From assembly GCA_964016885.1 (NCBI GenBank), contig OZ024742.1:362948001-363012000 (forward strand): DNA of 64,000 nt, read 5' to 3'. The notes under the pieces are model-generated. The model made no database searches, was not told where the DNA came from, and saw nothing but the letters and a program-made list of their open reading frames with translations. This document shows positions 29,099 to 44,896 of the stretch, piece after piece (position 1 is the stretch's first letter; each line of letters opens with the position of its first letter). Position numbers and translations under genes: made by a program. The DNA is from Eledone cirrhosa. Lineage: Eukaryota.

Positions 29099-29635
29099 GT
29101 ACATACACATATACAAACACCAATAATGGCAGGCATGTTATTGTATTTGCACATTTGTTCAATTTTCTAAACTCTTTGTTGTTGGGAATTGACTGAATAA
29201 CGTTTGACTAAATATAACAATTTATTTCATTTCACACATCGAGTTTGTTCAAACATTAAATTATTTGCTAATTACAGAATTCAAATTCAAAGCCAAACAA
29301 AACAATACCTGCGAAGTTGCGAACGCAAACATACACATTTATATACACACATAAGATAATGTATGTGTATATATGTATATTGGACTATTAGTTGTTCACA
29401 TGTGTATTTCTGTATATGTATGCTTGAATCAGTATTAAATTTAAATATATGTTTTAAGCCAAGTTTAGGTGCAGGTATAACTGACTAGAAAAGAACATTT
29501 TTACACAATCACAAGCTTCCTGGTTAAAACCTGTTCGGTGGATCTTGGGCGTTTTCAACTATAGCTCTGGGTTGGCCAATGCCCCATGACTAGAAATCAG
29601 ATGACGGCAACTTTTAAGCCCCTCCTATATGTATA

Positions 29636-29778
29636 TTAAAGCACACCGCATACCTCCCGTATGATGTAATATATTAGAAAAACAGCTGTACACTGCATTT
29701 ATATTATCTGCTAACGTATTTGATCTGGATCCTTGTTGAACTATATCACCCCCTCCACACTCACACAACTAGTAAAAT
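29636..29778 (+). repeat. Dispersed repeat; inverted copy at 38697-38828
   Basis: TTAAAGCACAC...TATGATGTAATATATTAG...CAGCTG...GATCTGG.TCCTTGTTGAAC...ACTAGTAAA matches the reverse complement of 38697-38828. Confidence 0.8.
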
Positions 29779-29989
29779 ATGTGTGCCTCTATGTATGTTT
29801 ACATTGGCTTCTGTAATTTCCACCATGTTCGACTGCCCTGTACAGACCCCACTTATTACACCACCCCAGGCATTTTACCCTACCTATTACACCTTGAATT
29901 TTGTGACTTGCGGGATTTTACCTGAATAATACATCGAGCTTTAATGCATCCTGTTAAAACAGTAGATATATCTACTTTCAATTATTCTC

Positions 29990-30747
<758 letters not shown>

Positions 30748-30924
30748 GGTGTAGTTGTTGCTGTCGCTTCAACGAGGTAGCTAATCCAAGGTTAAGTAAC
30801 CTGACATACTCTCCAACTCAGGTTGTGAAATACTTCTCTAGGAAATGTGATTAAAACAAACCCAATTGATCCAATAATGGTTGAACCACTTGTAAACCGG
30901 TTACTAATTACACCTCTCTCTCTC

Positions 30925-31750
<826 letters not shown>

Positions 31751-31991
31751 TATATATATATATATATATTGAAAATAATTGAGGTGTAACCACGAGTTGT
31801 GATATATTAGTAAAAGGAAAAGAAAATGGTGACAAATTTTTCCCAGCCAAATAGTTTAATTAGGAATAAGTAAAAATTAGTAATAAGTATTGGTTATTAT
31901 TCAGTTTTAGTTTTAGGTTTTTACCGGTTGCGCATTTCTAATGCTTTTCAAAAATAATTTTGAGATAGAGCGCCCGTGATGTTTGCTCTAA

Positions 31992-32342
<351 letters not shown>

Positions 32343-32343
<1 letters not shown>

Positions 32344-32542
32344 TTTCGTTTCTGAATTTGTTTAGCAAGATTCTTTATCTGAAAACGTGTGTTGAAACCG
32401 ATATTGTTATACTTTAGGAGGGTCATGTTGCCAATAAGAAACACACGCACTAGTAACTTTCACTTCAATTTATTATAATAAATTGAAGTGAAGGCAGTTG
32501 GTGCGTGTGTTTCTTATTGGCAACATGACCCTCCCAAAATAT

Positions 32543-32550
<8 letters not shown>
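32343..32550 (-). mobile_element. Family C mini-element: ~57-nt tail 32343-32400 plus palindrome 32401-32550
   Basis: ATATTGTTATA...GGAGGGTCATGTTGCCAATAAGAAACACACGCAC mirrored by GTGCGTGTGTTTCTTATTGGCAACATGACCCTCC...TATAACAATAT; (TA)n flanks. Confidence 0.8.
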
Positions 32551-32585
<35 letters not shown>

Positions 32586-32621
32586 CATACACACACATAC
32601 ACAAACACACACGAACAGTCT

Positions 32622-32683
<62 letters not shown>

Positions 32684-33689
32684 AAGGATAAAAAGGACGA
32701 TTGCTTATTCCTTTATTGCATTCATTGATAGGTGACGCGCGTTTCGCCACTGATCACCTCAAGGTTCGATCTATATCGATCCTACCCGACTCAATAATCC
32801 GCACCTCGAGGGACCTTCTTAAAATGCTATAAGAAAAAGAAATACATGCTATGTGGCAAAGTCAGAGATTCAAGAGTTTGACAAAATGAGTTGTTTTGAT
32901 TGGTGGGAAGGATCAAGGCGATGTACTGGCCTGTAGTGTATATAGGGGTGGGTGTGATGGTGAGATGTTGGTGACGATGGGTGGATGAGATGGACTGTGG
33001 TGTGGTGGTCGTTGATTGGCCTTGGCGTGTAGAGTTTGCGGGGTGGATGTTATGATTTGGTGGTGGTTATGGTTGCTCAGTGGGATGGGCTGTGGTATGA
33101 GGTTAGTGGGTTGTCAGTAGACGGGTTGGCGTGTGTGTGGGGGTGTGGTATTATTGCCGCTGTCTATGGTAGTGGCGTTTGTCGTGGTGTGGCGGATGTA
33201 TTGGTGGCGTCAAGGTCATTACTTAGATACATAGCTAGACGCTCATCGTCTGACAGATGCTTTGTATGTACGTATACGCACACACATATAGGTATATATG
33301 TGCACACATGTTGTTGTATAAACACACCCACCGCAAAACATACACGCACACCCCTGCCCATACATATCGACACACGCTCACACACAGCCATATGTATATG
33401 TACTCACATGTATGTGCGTGTGCGCATGCGACACGAATATGGAGAGTGGGGGAGTATTGTTGGGGGTGGCGAACGACGGAGATGGGGGGAAGGTGAGAGG
33501 CAATGTAGAAGGTGTTTTACATACATACATACACATACATATAGCCATACACACATATGGGTATGGGCACACGGACTCACACTCACGTATACAAAATATA
33601 CACATACACACTCACACACACGTATACTCGCGCACATATATACACATATATATACATACACATATATATATACATATATATATATATAA

Positions 33690-33722
<33 letters not shown>

Positions 33723-34157
33723 CATACATATACACACACACATGTACAGACAACACACAGATATACACGCACATATACACATACATGAACGTACATGAGC
33801 TCACCTACACATATAGTCAGATTCACCCATATACATATATGTAGACGTGCACATATACACACATACATACACATACATATAGACACACACACACACATAC
33901 ACATACGCATACACATACACATATATATATACAGATATGTACCCACACATACACACATGTATACACCTGCGCTCGCATACACACACCCACATACAACAAC
34001 TATGCGTACACGCACGCACATTCATACGTCCGTATGTGTAAGAATACTTACACACCGACACACACGCTATTGTTGGTTGGGGAGTGGAGGTATGTGTTGT
34101 CGGTGTTCGTGAAGTATGGAGTTGTGTTTTGTGGTGGTGGTGGTGGAGTTGTGAGGG

Positions 34158-34194
<37 letters not shown>

Positions 34195-34456
34195 TATACA
34201 TATATATATAAATATAAATTCAGCGAGAATCGCATTTCGGCGGGTAGAAAAAGCGAAACGTAACGCAAATTCCGAGTCATGCTGGCAAGCGCTCCATGGT
34301 ATAAAAAAGACCAGAGCAATAAACATAGGTTATAAAGGACATACAAACTGAGAAGGCGGTCAAGAAACCATAAAACACCTAAGCCAAAAAACAAATCAAG
34401 CTAAGCAGGTCAGACAAAATAAATGACATATTCATATATATATATATATATATATA

Positions 34457-34660
34457 TAACGAAGGAAATGTGGTAAGGAACCAGGTGGACCATAACGCAC
34501 CAAAGTACTCAATACTTGAGGTAGTAGAGTGGGTAATAGGAACCAGTAAGACCCCGACAGCTGAGCTCAAGCCGTTTCGACGGCTAATTCTGGACGGCTA
34601 ATTTAGTCCAGAATTAGCCGTCGAAACGGCTTGAGCTCAGCTGTCGGGGTCTTACTGGTT

Positions 34661-34664
<4 letters not shown>
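34457..34664 (-). mobile_element. Family A mini-element copy 3: tail plus palindrome 34537-34664
   Basis: Near-perfect arms, family tail on the minus strand, (TA)n flanks. Confidence 0.85.
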
Positions 34665-34706
<42 letters not shown>

Positions 34707-34820
34707 GACGTTATATTTAATTTGTTGGGATTCAACAAGCTTAAATTTTTTTATAACTGATATAAAGCACTCAACAATTTAGTGGAGTAAATATACAATA
34801 TATTAATAAATGGAAACTAT

Positions 34821-34920
34821 ATTTATAAAACATATTTATTTTATGATACATATTTCAAGGGCAACCAAGGCAAATTACGGTGCGCTTTCATGAGATAAAA
34901 TACAGATTTGTTTTATAAAT
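34821..34920 (-). ncRNA. Degenerate type I hammerhead (G5>C) with extended helix I, within a TA-flanked segment (~34704-34972)
   Basis: Minus strand: TATTTTAT-CTCATGA-AAGCGCACC...GGTTGCCCTT-GAAA-TATGTA-TC-ATAAAATA; distal pairing ATTTATAAAACA/TGTTTTATAAAT. Confidence 0.55.
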
Positions 34921-34969
34921 AAATATTGACATACCCCAAAAAAGACAACGTTAACGGTTGGAGCTTCCT

Positions 34970-35035
<66 letters not shown>

Positions 35036-35438
35036 GTACATATATATACATAACAGACCTGGACCCTTGGAATTGATGGTAATACCAGTACAGGGTTTCT
35101 GTGACACCTAAATCAATAATACTATCTGCTTAAAACAATAAGCTTTTGGTATAATGATCGAACGAGGAATATCACGTTATCAACAGGCATTTTGTTCTGC
35201 GCCAGTGTTGTGGATGACACAGTGTTTTGTAAAAGCACATGCGTAACTCACAGGGGTAAAACCCCAGATTTTGGCAAATGAATTGAGTATGTGTAAATCC
35301 ATGCAAAAAATTGTATAAATAGCACAACTTTTTAAAATAAACTTATGCAATTACTCTGTCAATAGAATTATTAAAAGGTTGTAAGACTCGGGAGATTAAT
35401 ACAAATATAAATACAGCGAGAATCGCATTATATATATA

Positions 35439-35606
35439 TAGGAAAATGTTTGACTCCCACGGCAGAGCTCGAGCCGTTTCGACGACTATTTCTGGGCTAA
35501 TTTAGAATTTTAAAAACATTTTCCTATTACCCACTCTACTACCCTAAGTATTGAGTACTCTGGCGTCTTATGGTCCATCTGGTTCCTTACCACACTTCCT
35601 TCGTTA
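35439..35606 (+). mobile_element. Family A mini-element copy 4, sense arm internally deleted
   Basis: TAGGAAAATGTTT...AAACATTTTCCTA termini plus family tail. Confidence 0.8.
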
Positions 35607-35612
35607 TATATA

Positions 35613-35695
35613 TGGTGGCTGCCAACTCGTTTTCAAGTACGGCCACTACTTTATATCCATGTAGGAGAACCCCTACCGATGCGCTGAACGAGTGT
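35613..35695 (-). mobile_element. Family G ~83-nt TA-abutting module, copy 1
   Basis: Near-identical to 37881-37963; both start TGGTGGCTGCCAACTC directly after (TA)n. Confidence 0.75.
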
Positions 35696-36221
35696 GACTT
35701 TTTAGTCTAGCCAGCGACTTGAAAACTCTGGTACAAACACTACATTTGCGACAATTATTGACACATAGTGCTGGGCCCATGGTACCATGTGATGACAAGT
35801 GCAGAGAGATCTCCAGATATAAAGCAATGCCTGTGCCGTGAAGCTTTTATAGTGATCAAATGCACTGCACAAAGCCAGTCCCACTCTTTTAACCAAGATG
35901 ATATTTACCAAAAAGAAGAACAAGTCAACATCATTGGATACCATCAGGGTTGCAGGTGTTATATCAGAGTTGTCCTTCTCCTAGAATTCTGCATTGACAA
36001 AGGCTAAGGGGTCATCTCTCCCGGTGATTTTGGATGGCCATTGACTCTTAAGAGCTCCTTTGCCCTTTGACAGGTTTTGTTTTTAGTCCTGCAGGATGTC
36101 CAAAGTCACCCTCCTCACCAAGAAACCTTGGTAGGGTTGCCAGTTTAGTCGCCAACGACCCGACCATGAGACAGGTTGTACTGGGATACATGTTACCAGT
36201 AGCACCAACTGGTGACCTGGC

Positions 36222-36294
<73 letters not shown>

Positions 36295-36355
36295 CATACA
36301 TATTACTGCGATGTCGGTTGCTCGGGGATGTAAAAACATTTGATTTGAAATTACA

Positions 36356-36440
36356 CGTATGATGAGCAGATCGATATTGAAATGAGGTCTAACTTATCGA
36401 GAAACACCCAACACCAATAATCTGTGAAACATATGTAACG
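36356..36440 (+). ncRNA. Degenerate type I hammerhead (C3>A) with long helix II
   Basis: CGT-ATGATGA-GCAGAT...TATTG...CAATA-ATCTGT-GAAA-CATATG-TA-ACG; palindromic helix III ACATATGT. Confidence 0.55.
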
Positions 36441-36527
36441 ATTGATATGGAATAGAATCATTGAAAATATATTTTCTCAAACATGATACACACACACACA
36501 CACACAAACACTCAGACACGCAACAGA

Positions 36528-36637
<110 letters not shown>

Positions 36638-36665
36638 TTTATATCTATATGTATATATATATATA

Positions 36666-37815
36666 TATGAATAAAGTTAGTCCTTCATCAGTGATCTTCC
36701 AACCATCATTGGTATTTCATCGCTTTAAAGACCATATACCTCCGGTTGGTGCGAGCAACGGCTAAAAAAAGTCGTTGGGACACGTAAATAAAGGGGACAC
36801 GAGAGGGTAAACAAACAAAGATGGTGAAGCAACGAAAAGTGAGGAAGAACGAGTCAAGTCCCAAATTTCCATGAATATAAATTCGGTGAAATCGTGAACG
36901 AGAGAGAATAAAGACCATCAAACCTGGTTGGAATGTGAGCAAGGAAGGAATGCTGTACAGGTCTAACGGGAGGAAGAAGGAATCTAGTCTGTGAATTTGG
37001 TGAACATAACTTCTGTGAAATCGTAGACGAGAGAGAGAAAAAAAGCGAACCAGCCTGGCCAAGAGTGCGAAAGAAAAGAATTACGCACAGGTCAAACGGG
37101 AAGAAGGAGGAGGAGGAGAGGTAGTAACAGAGAGTGAGTGAGTGAAGGGTGAGGAAGAGGCTAACAGAGAGAGTGACTGTTAGAGAGGGTAAAGATACAG
37201 CGAAAGAGGGAGCAGTAAGTACGAAATAGACGGGTCACAGCGGGGGAAAAAATATGTGTAAATATGAGAATAAACGTGCTGTGTGGTTGCTAATGGGTTA
37301 CATATGAATAAAGTTAGTCCTTCATCAGTGATCTTCCAACCATCATTGGTATTTCATCGCTTTAAAGACCATATACCTCCGGTTGGTGCGAGCAACGGCT
37401 AAAAAAAGTCGTTGGGACACGTAAATAAAGGGGACACGAGAGGGTAAACAAACAAAGATGGTGAAGCAACGAAAAATGAGGAAGAAAGAGTCAAGTCCCA
37501 AATTTCTATGAATATAAGTTCGGTGAAATCGTGAACGACAGAGAATAAAGACCATCAAACCTGGTTGGAATGTGAGCAAGGAAGGAATTCCGTACAGGTC
37601 TAACGGGAGGAAGAAGGAATCTAGTCTGTGAATTCGGTGAACATAAGTTCTGTGAAATCGTAGACAAAGAGAGAAAAAAAGCGAACCAGGCTGACCAAGC
37701 GTGTGAAAGAAAAGAATTACGCACAGGTCAAACGGGAGGAGGAGGAGAGGTAGTAACAGAGAGTGAGTGAGTGAAGGGTGAGGAAGAGGCTAACAGAGAG
37801 AGTGACTGTTAGAGT
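36666..37815. repeat. Partial tandem duplication (period 637 bp, ~1.8 units) between (TA)n tracts
   Basis: GAATAAAGTTAGTCCTTCATCAG at 36669 and 37306; internal ~120-130 bp sub-repeats (GTGAAATCGT...GAGA). Confidence 0.9.
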
Positions 37816-37880
37816 CTATGCATATATATATATATATATATATAAAGAGAGAGAGAGAAAGATATATATATATATATATA

Positions 37881-37962
37881 TGGTGGCTGCCAACTCCTTT
37901 TCGAGTACGGCCACTACTTTATATCCAAGTAGGAGAACCCCTACCGATGCGCTGAACGAGTG

Positions 37963-37963
<1 letters not shown>
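37881..37963 (-). mobile_element. Family G module copy 2, solo between (TA)n and (CA)n
   Basis: Near-identical to 35613-35695. Confidence 0.75.
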
Positions 37964-38040
<77 letters not shown>

Positions 38041-38696
38041 CATATATAGATATACATATATACATATATATATACATATATATATACATTTATATATATA
38101 TATATGTGCATATATGCATACATATATATATACATATATATATGTGTGTGTGTGCGTTTGTGTGTGTGTTTATATATACATATGTGTGTGTGTACTAACA
38201 AACATAAACACGCACATATCTATATATATATTTCAAAACCGTAGTTATTTCTAGAGGATTGGTATAAATGATTATTACGCTAGACTATTTCATTATTCGA
38301 TGACAAAAGCTTCAGGCTTCAAAATCGTCCATTTTAAAACCACAAATAAAAGGATTTTTCGTAAATCAATATTCTCGCTGGTATTTTACGAAAAATCTAT
38401 ATTTATAACTTATAGCCTCGTCGTTTTCCCGCCACTCTTTCTTTCTTACAGATTATCGCATTCTTCTACAAACTAGCATTGTTAACAGATTTCCCACGAT
38501 ACAATTTGAGAGGAAACTTCGATTTTCTCACTTTTAAATAAACCATAAGCGAGAAAATTTGTTGTTTTATCACCCATTTAAAGATCGGGTTGTTTGTTTT
38601 ATTCCTAAATCATATCTATATATCTTCAGGGGAAATTCCAATGAAACATCAGAATACCGTACTGGATGACATGTAATATTTACTTGTATTTCTTTT

Positions 38697-38828
38697 ATTT
38701 ACTAGTGGGGAGGGGGTATGGTTCAACAAGGACCCAGATCAAATACGCTAACAGATTATATAAATGCAGGGTTCAGCTGTTTTTCCTAATATATTACATC
38801 ATATAGGAGGTCTTCTGTGTGCTTTAAT
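38697..38828 (-). repeat. Inverted copy of the 29636-29778 repeat
   Basis: Reverse-complement similarity read by eye. Confidence 0.8.
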
Positions 38829-39339
38829 GATAGAGACCCCAGGCTTATCATAACAACGTGAGATGTAGTGATATACTCAAGAAAACAAATTACAGCTCAG
38901 ATCAGGAATCACGGGGATATTATCGTTGGTTAAATCCCTTTTTTTCACCAGGACACAAGCGACTGTGTCGAACTAGATGATATACTGCGTTTAGCTATAT
39001 GTCTGTCATTTTCTGTTTTTAAATATCGTAGCGTGGAGCCCGATAAAACATGGTAGCGTTTACGAGGTCGCTCAACGCGCTAAAAATAGCCGTCACCTAT
39101 CCTCAAACGAGAGCCTAATATTTTGAAAGAAAAACACATTAAAAGGAGAATGAAGTGGACCTACGTCGGTTTCGGTGATGAAGTTTCGAATTTTTCAATC
39201 AACGGAACAGTCTGTTACTGAAATTACATGTAAGGGGCTGAGCATTCCCCAGTCACATTACTCTTAACGTAAATCTCAGGAAGAGTCAACGTGACACTGT
39301 GTCACAAGGTTAACCCTTTAACATTAAGATATAGTTCAT

Positions 39340-39500
39340 CCAATGGACTTCCATACAGTTTCTGTCTACACAATTTCACTATCACAAAGGATTTTTGGGA
39401 CCGAGGCTATGGTTAATGAATATTGCGCAAGATACCATGTAATGGAAACGCCCTGTTACCCAATGAGTGCAAAGCGAACTCCTTAACCAATCGGCCATTC
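39340..39500 (-). mobile_element. Diverged SINE-like repeat of a second family; related copies near 29465-29615 (+), 48720-48840 (-), 50855-50980 (+)
   Basis: Shared CTTCC...CAATTT.CACT.ACA.GG.ATT...CCGAGGC blocks between 39340 and 48720; the other two copies are weaker. Confidence 0.5.
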
Positions 39501-39944
39501 TGTCCTCACTATATATTAAATAACTTACCAGGATTAGGCTAAATCCATTTTATTCAGAGTTGACGTACTGATAACTATAACAACAATACCAACAACACTT
39601 GGCCTTTAATAACATCAGGATCAATACTTAATTTTATTGTTTTACTAGGTTCAGTCATTAGACTACGTTACATTAGAACATCAGACTCTTGAAAAGATAT
39701 CTTCAATAATATTGACCCTTGTATTTATTTTCCTCAGTCTTGATCCTTATTTTATCCATTCAATCATCTCAGATTTGTCGTATTGCTACGTTTCACATAC
39801 ATCGACACAGACATATCGAAATCAACAAAGATTATAAATGTTACAATAAATTTCCTCAGATAAAAATTACCCCCCTCATATCTCAAAAGCCACCAAATGT
39901 AATTAGAGTCGACATTTCCCACACTACGCCACAGATTGCTATGT

Positions 39945-40150
39945 AGTACCAAAGGCAAACAATTATTTAGGGGTGGGGGTGGTAAAGTCGATTAAATCGA
40001 CCCCAGAGGAGTACTTGTACTCTATTTTATCGATCCAGTAAGGATGAAAGGCAAAGTTAACCTCGGCAGCATTTGAACTCAGATCGTAATAAACTGGAAC
40101 AAATACCCCTAAGCCTTTGTGCGACTCTCTAAGCTTTCTAAACTACCGAC
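39945..40150 (-). mobile_element. tRNA-derived SINE copy
   Basis: TATTTTATCGATCCAGTAAGGATGAAAGGCAAAGTTAACCTCGGC...TTTGAACTCAG matches the 45726-46299 family. Confidence 0.8.
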
Positions 40151-41239
40151 ACAAGACCCAAAATCAGTAATGTGCAGACACTTACCGTCCTGTGTGGAAC
40201 ACTTCCTGCCTGTAGAACTGTTGATGAGCAAGGATTTCTGGACATTGTCCATAATTAGTAACATGAATGTCTTCAAAATAAGCTCAGATTATCCACGTTG
40301 ACATCCAGAGCTGCAACCAAACCCACTGTCACTACCTCCTGTGTTGTCCAGTTGGCATAATGTGAGTGCTTGGCAGTACTTTAGATGTAAGACACTTAAT
40401 ATTGGCCTGCGCTTGCTCTAGAACTACTGCTCGGCCGAGGATATGAGCTACGTAAAGACATGTTGCACGAAGGGCATCCATATTTGTTGTGCTTTGTTTT
40501 CATAGTTATCGTTACCGCTGTACTAATATTACAGACTCATTAGCTACAGCCCGTGCCTGTGCGTCATTAGTGATGGCACCTCAAGGCTACCATGGAATTG
40601 ACGTTAGCAGCAAATAAATTTTCTGACCAGCAGGTTTTATCCCGTCCACAAAAAGTAAAAGAGCATGTTTCAGTCTGGTCAGCTATTTTGTGAGGGTTTG
40701 CCACGGCAGCTAGGCGCGAGGTTTGCCTATATCTGCATGAGATTAGCTAAGCTGTTCATAATCCCTCCCCTGATCTTGTCTACTTGGAGATCAGGACCAA
40801 ACCAAACTGCAAGCTCGTTAACTGAGCCGCCGCGCTAGACGGTATGATCTTGCAACGCTACATGCCGGGGTTCAAGCGCGCTGATTGGTCGTGGATAATG
40901 ATAGCGCTAGTAACCTGTTGGTATTCTTCCAGTGTGATGCTGACAGCTTCTGTATCTGACGTACACAGATATGGCCCTTCTGTAAGCCTAATAATAATAA
41001 TAAAAACAAAATAATAATAACAAAAATAGCCCACTTCTTAAGACGAATGCACTCACGTTAATGAAAATTGCATCGATCGCAGTTCCAGTAATAAATCAAA
41101 AGCCTGCTGAAGGAAATCTGAACAATAGTATTTTAATTTTTATTTATTTGTTTTTTTTTATTTCTGTAACTATATCTCTGTCTGAGTATGGCATCTCTCC
41201 CCACTATATCTCACTTCTGTGTGTTTATCTCTCCCCCTT

Positions 41240-41966
<727 letters not shown>

Positions 41967-42405
41967 CATGTGTGTGTGCATGTCCCTCTATCTGTACACC
42001 CTCTACCCGTCTCACTGCAGTCTCCCTCTCTGAACCACCGCCATCACCGACAGGATTATATTTTTCTAATTATTTATGCATGACTTAGAGAATACACCAT
42101 TATGTCACAGATCTTTTGTAGATTACGTGTTGTTTCCCCTTTTATTTGCGAAATAGATGCCTATATATGACACAGTTATGTAAGACAAACACACACACAC
42201 ACATATATGTTAGCAGGTAAACAGACACATACTTGCCCACACTATTTCAAAAGATATGAGTTTCAGTCAATCGAACAACAGCACAGAAGTGCATGAAATT
42301 AGTGATTAATTGGATAGTTGAGGATTCCATAGGCAGGTGTACTTTCACCCTAGTTCATGGGGAAATTCAGTATGTGGTAAGCCTGTACTTTGGAAATACA
42401 GGTGT

Positions 42406-42443
<38 letters not shown>

Positions 42444-42677
42444 TACGGACTAAAATGTAAACTTTTCTCCCTAAATATGTATGTAAAAACAAATTTTTTT
42501 CTCCATATTCTTATTAATATGCAATTTAATTGCATTATACACTTCCAGCCTTGAAAACGCTTACTAGCTGAAACCGGTACAGATAAATGCGGAAATCCCT
42601 CTTTTGTAAATAAATCTTGTGATGTTATTCTGAGAGAAAATTCCTTTACCATCTTCTACTGTTTTTCTTTCCTGATT

Positions 42678-43452
<775 letters not shown>

Positions 43453-43845
43453 ATATCACAGACAAAAAAGAATCAGTGTTGCGACGAATGGAATTTATTC
43501 GACATATTACAATCCTTTTCTGGCGACCAGCTCGTCGCACGATCGATGTGATGATAGAACCTGACTCTGAAAATCGCAAGGTCCTCAGATACGTCTTCAT
43601 TCTACGAAGCAGAATCAACACGTATCTGAGGAACTTGCAATTTTCAGAGTCAGAGTCAGGTTCGAGCATCACATCGATCGTTCCTCGAGCTGGTCGCAAG
43701 AGAAACGATTGTAATATGTCCAACAAATTCCATTCGTCGCAACACTGATTCTCTATATTTCTGTGATATCATCATACTCTGCTCTATGAGAGCATCGGGT
43801 GCTCAAACGGTCTACCGCATACGGACGCTTTAAGCATCCAACACC

Positions 43846-43850
<5 letters not shown>
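43453..43850 (+). mobile_element. Family D mini-element: diverged palindrome 43453-43769 plus ~80-nt tail
   Basis: ATATCACAG...AGAATCAGTGTTGCGACGAATGGAATTT mirrored by AAATTCCATTCGTCGCAACACTGATTCT...CTGTGATAT; (TA)n flanks. Confidence 0.85.
43620..43719 (+). ncRNA. Type I hammerhead motif with long helix II
   Basis: ACGTAT-CTGAGGA-A-CTTGC...GCAAG-A-GAAA-CGATTG-TA-ATATGT; helix I of 6 bp; GUA cleavage triplet at 43711-43713. Confidence 0.7.
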
Positions 43851-43882
<32 letters not shown>

Positions 43883-43886
<4 letters not shown>

Positions 43887-44228
43887 GTATAGGATTATCC
43901 AAGATGTAGTAATGGTTAATTACTACACTGGATATGGTTGACGTACGGTAAGAGGTTACTCTACGAGTTATGGAAGAATTGTTCAAGAAACTTAGTTCCT
44001 GATCCTTCAGTATTCCGGATTGTATATAAAGAATGAATAATAACAGGTAGACATCATAAAAAAAGATTCTGCTCTGAGGAAACAGTGGTCACAGCATTGG
44101 ATATTCGAGTTCTGCAAATACTTGTGAATTTGCACGTAGCGGAACTAGGCTGTAGTACCACCGTGGAAACACTTGTAAGCACACGGAATAAATTACCTTT
44201 TTATGATGTCTACCTGTTATTATTCATT

Positions 44229-44237
<9 letters not shown>
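43883..44237 (-). mobile_element. Family H mini-element: ~140-nt tail 43883-44022, short sense arm 44023-44062, long inverted arm to 44237
   Basis: TATATAAAGAATGAATAATAACAGGTAGACATCATAAAAA mirrored at 44198-44237; (TA)n flanks. Confidence 0.8.
44070..44181 (+). ncRNA. Type I hammerhead motif with long, branched helix II
   Basis: TGCT-CTGAGGA-A-ACAGTGGT...ACCACCGT-G-GAAA-CACTTG-TA-AGCA, followed by AATAAA. Confidence 0.75.
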
Positions 44238-44275
<38 letters not shown>

Positions 44276-44278
<3 letters not shown>

Positions 44279-44480
44279 CAAAGGAATTGTGGCAAGGAAC
44301 TATATGGACCAAAACGTCCCAGAGTACTCAATACTTAAGGTAGTAGAGTGGGAAATAGGAAAAAGTATGACCCCGACGGCAGAGCTCAAGCCGTTTCGAC
44401 GGCTATTTCTGGACTATTTCTGTCCAGAAATAGCCGTCGAAACGGCTTGAGCTCTGCCGTCGGGGTCATACTTTTTCCTA
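44276..44480 (-). mobile_element. Family A mini-element copy 5: tail plus palindrome 44356-44480
   Basis: Arms share copy-specific AAAAAGTATGA...GGCAGAGC; family tail; (TA)n flanks. Confidence 0.85.
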
Positions 44481-44725
44481 TATATATATATATATATATA
44501 TATGTAAGTATGTATGTATGTATACGTACATACATATATGTATACAGACGTACAGTAGTATGTATATATATACATACATGCACACATATATATATGCACG
44601 TATCGGTTTACCGAACATTTATTATAATGCTCGGTTTGTTTGTTTGTAAACAAACAAACAGCCCGAATTACGCCGTACAGTGTTTAGGCAACCACGTCAC
44701 CTTTTTGTTCAACACTGACACAGGA

Positions 44726-44768
44726 ACGATGTACTAATTTCAAGCTTATTAGCTATCGTCAGCATCGT
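44726..44768 (-). ncRNA. Minimal type I hammerhead, mirror copy
   Basis: Minus strand: ACGATG-CTGACGA-T-AGCT-AATA-AGCT-T-GAAA-TTAG-TA-CATCGT. Confidence 0.75.
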
Positions 44769-44853
44769 ATACCTTCCTGCCAGATGGTTGAACGCCCGAA
44801 AGTATATACTTTCCTTATGCATATTAACGGCTGACCATCTGGCAGGAAGGTAT

Positions 44854-44896
44854 ACGATGCTGACGATAGCTAATAAACTTGAAACTAGTACATCGT
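44854..44896 (+). ncRNA. Minimal type I hammerhead
   Basis: ACGATG-CTGACGA-TAGCTAATAAACTT-GAAA-CTAG-TA-CATCGT; perfect 6-bp helix I; palindromic helix III ACTAGT. Confidence 0.8.

Noticed and set aside
36672-36735. Type II hammerhead or SECIS on the minus strand (GAAATACCAATG...CTGATGAAGGAC)
   Set aside because: The cleavage position would be G, and helices I and II do not pair cleanly; SECIS spacing is not met.
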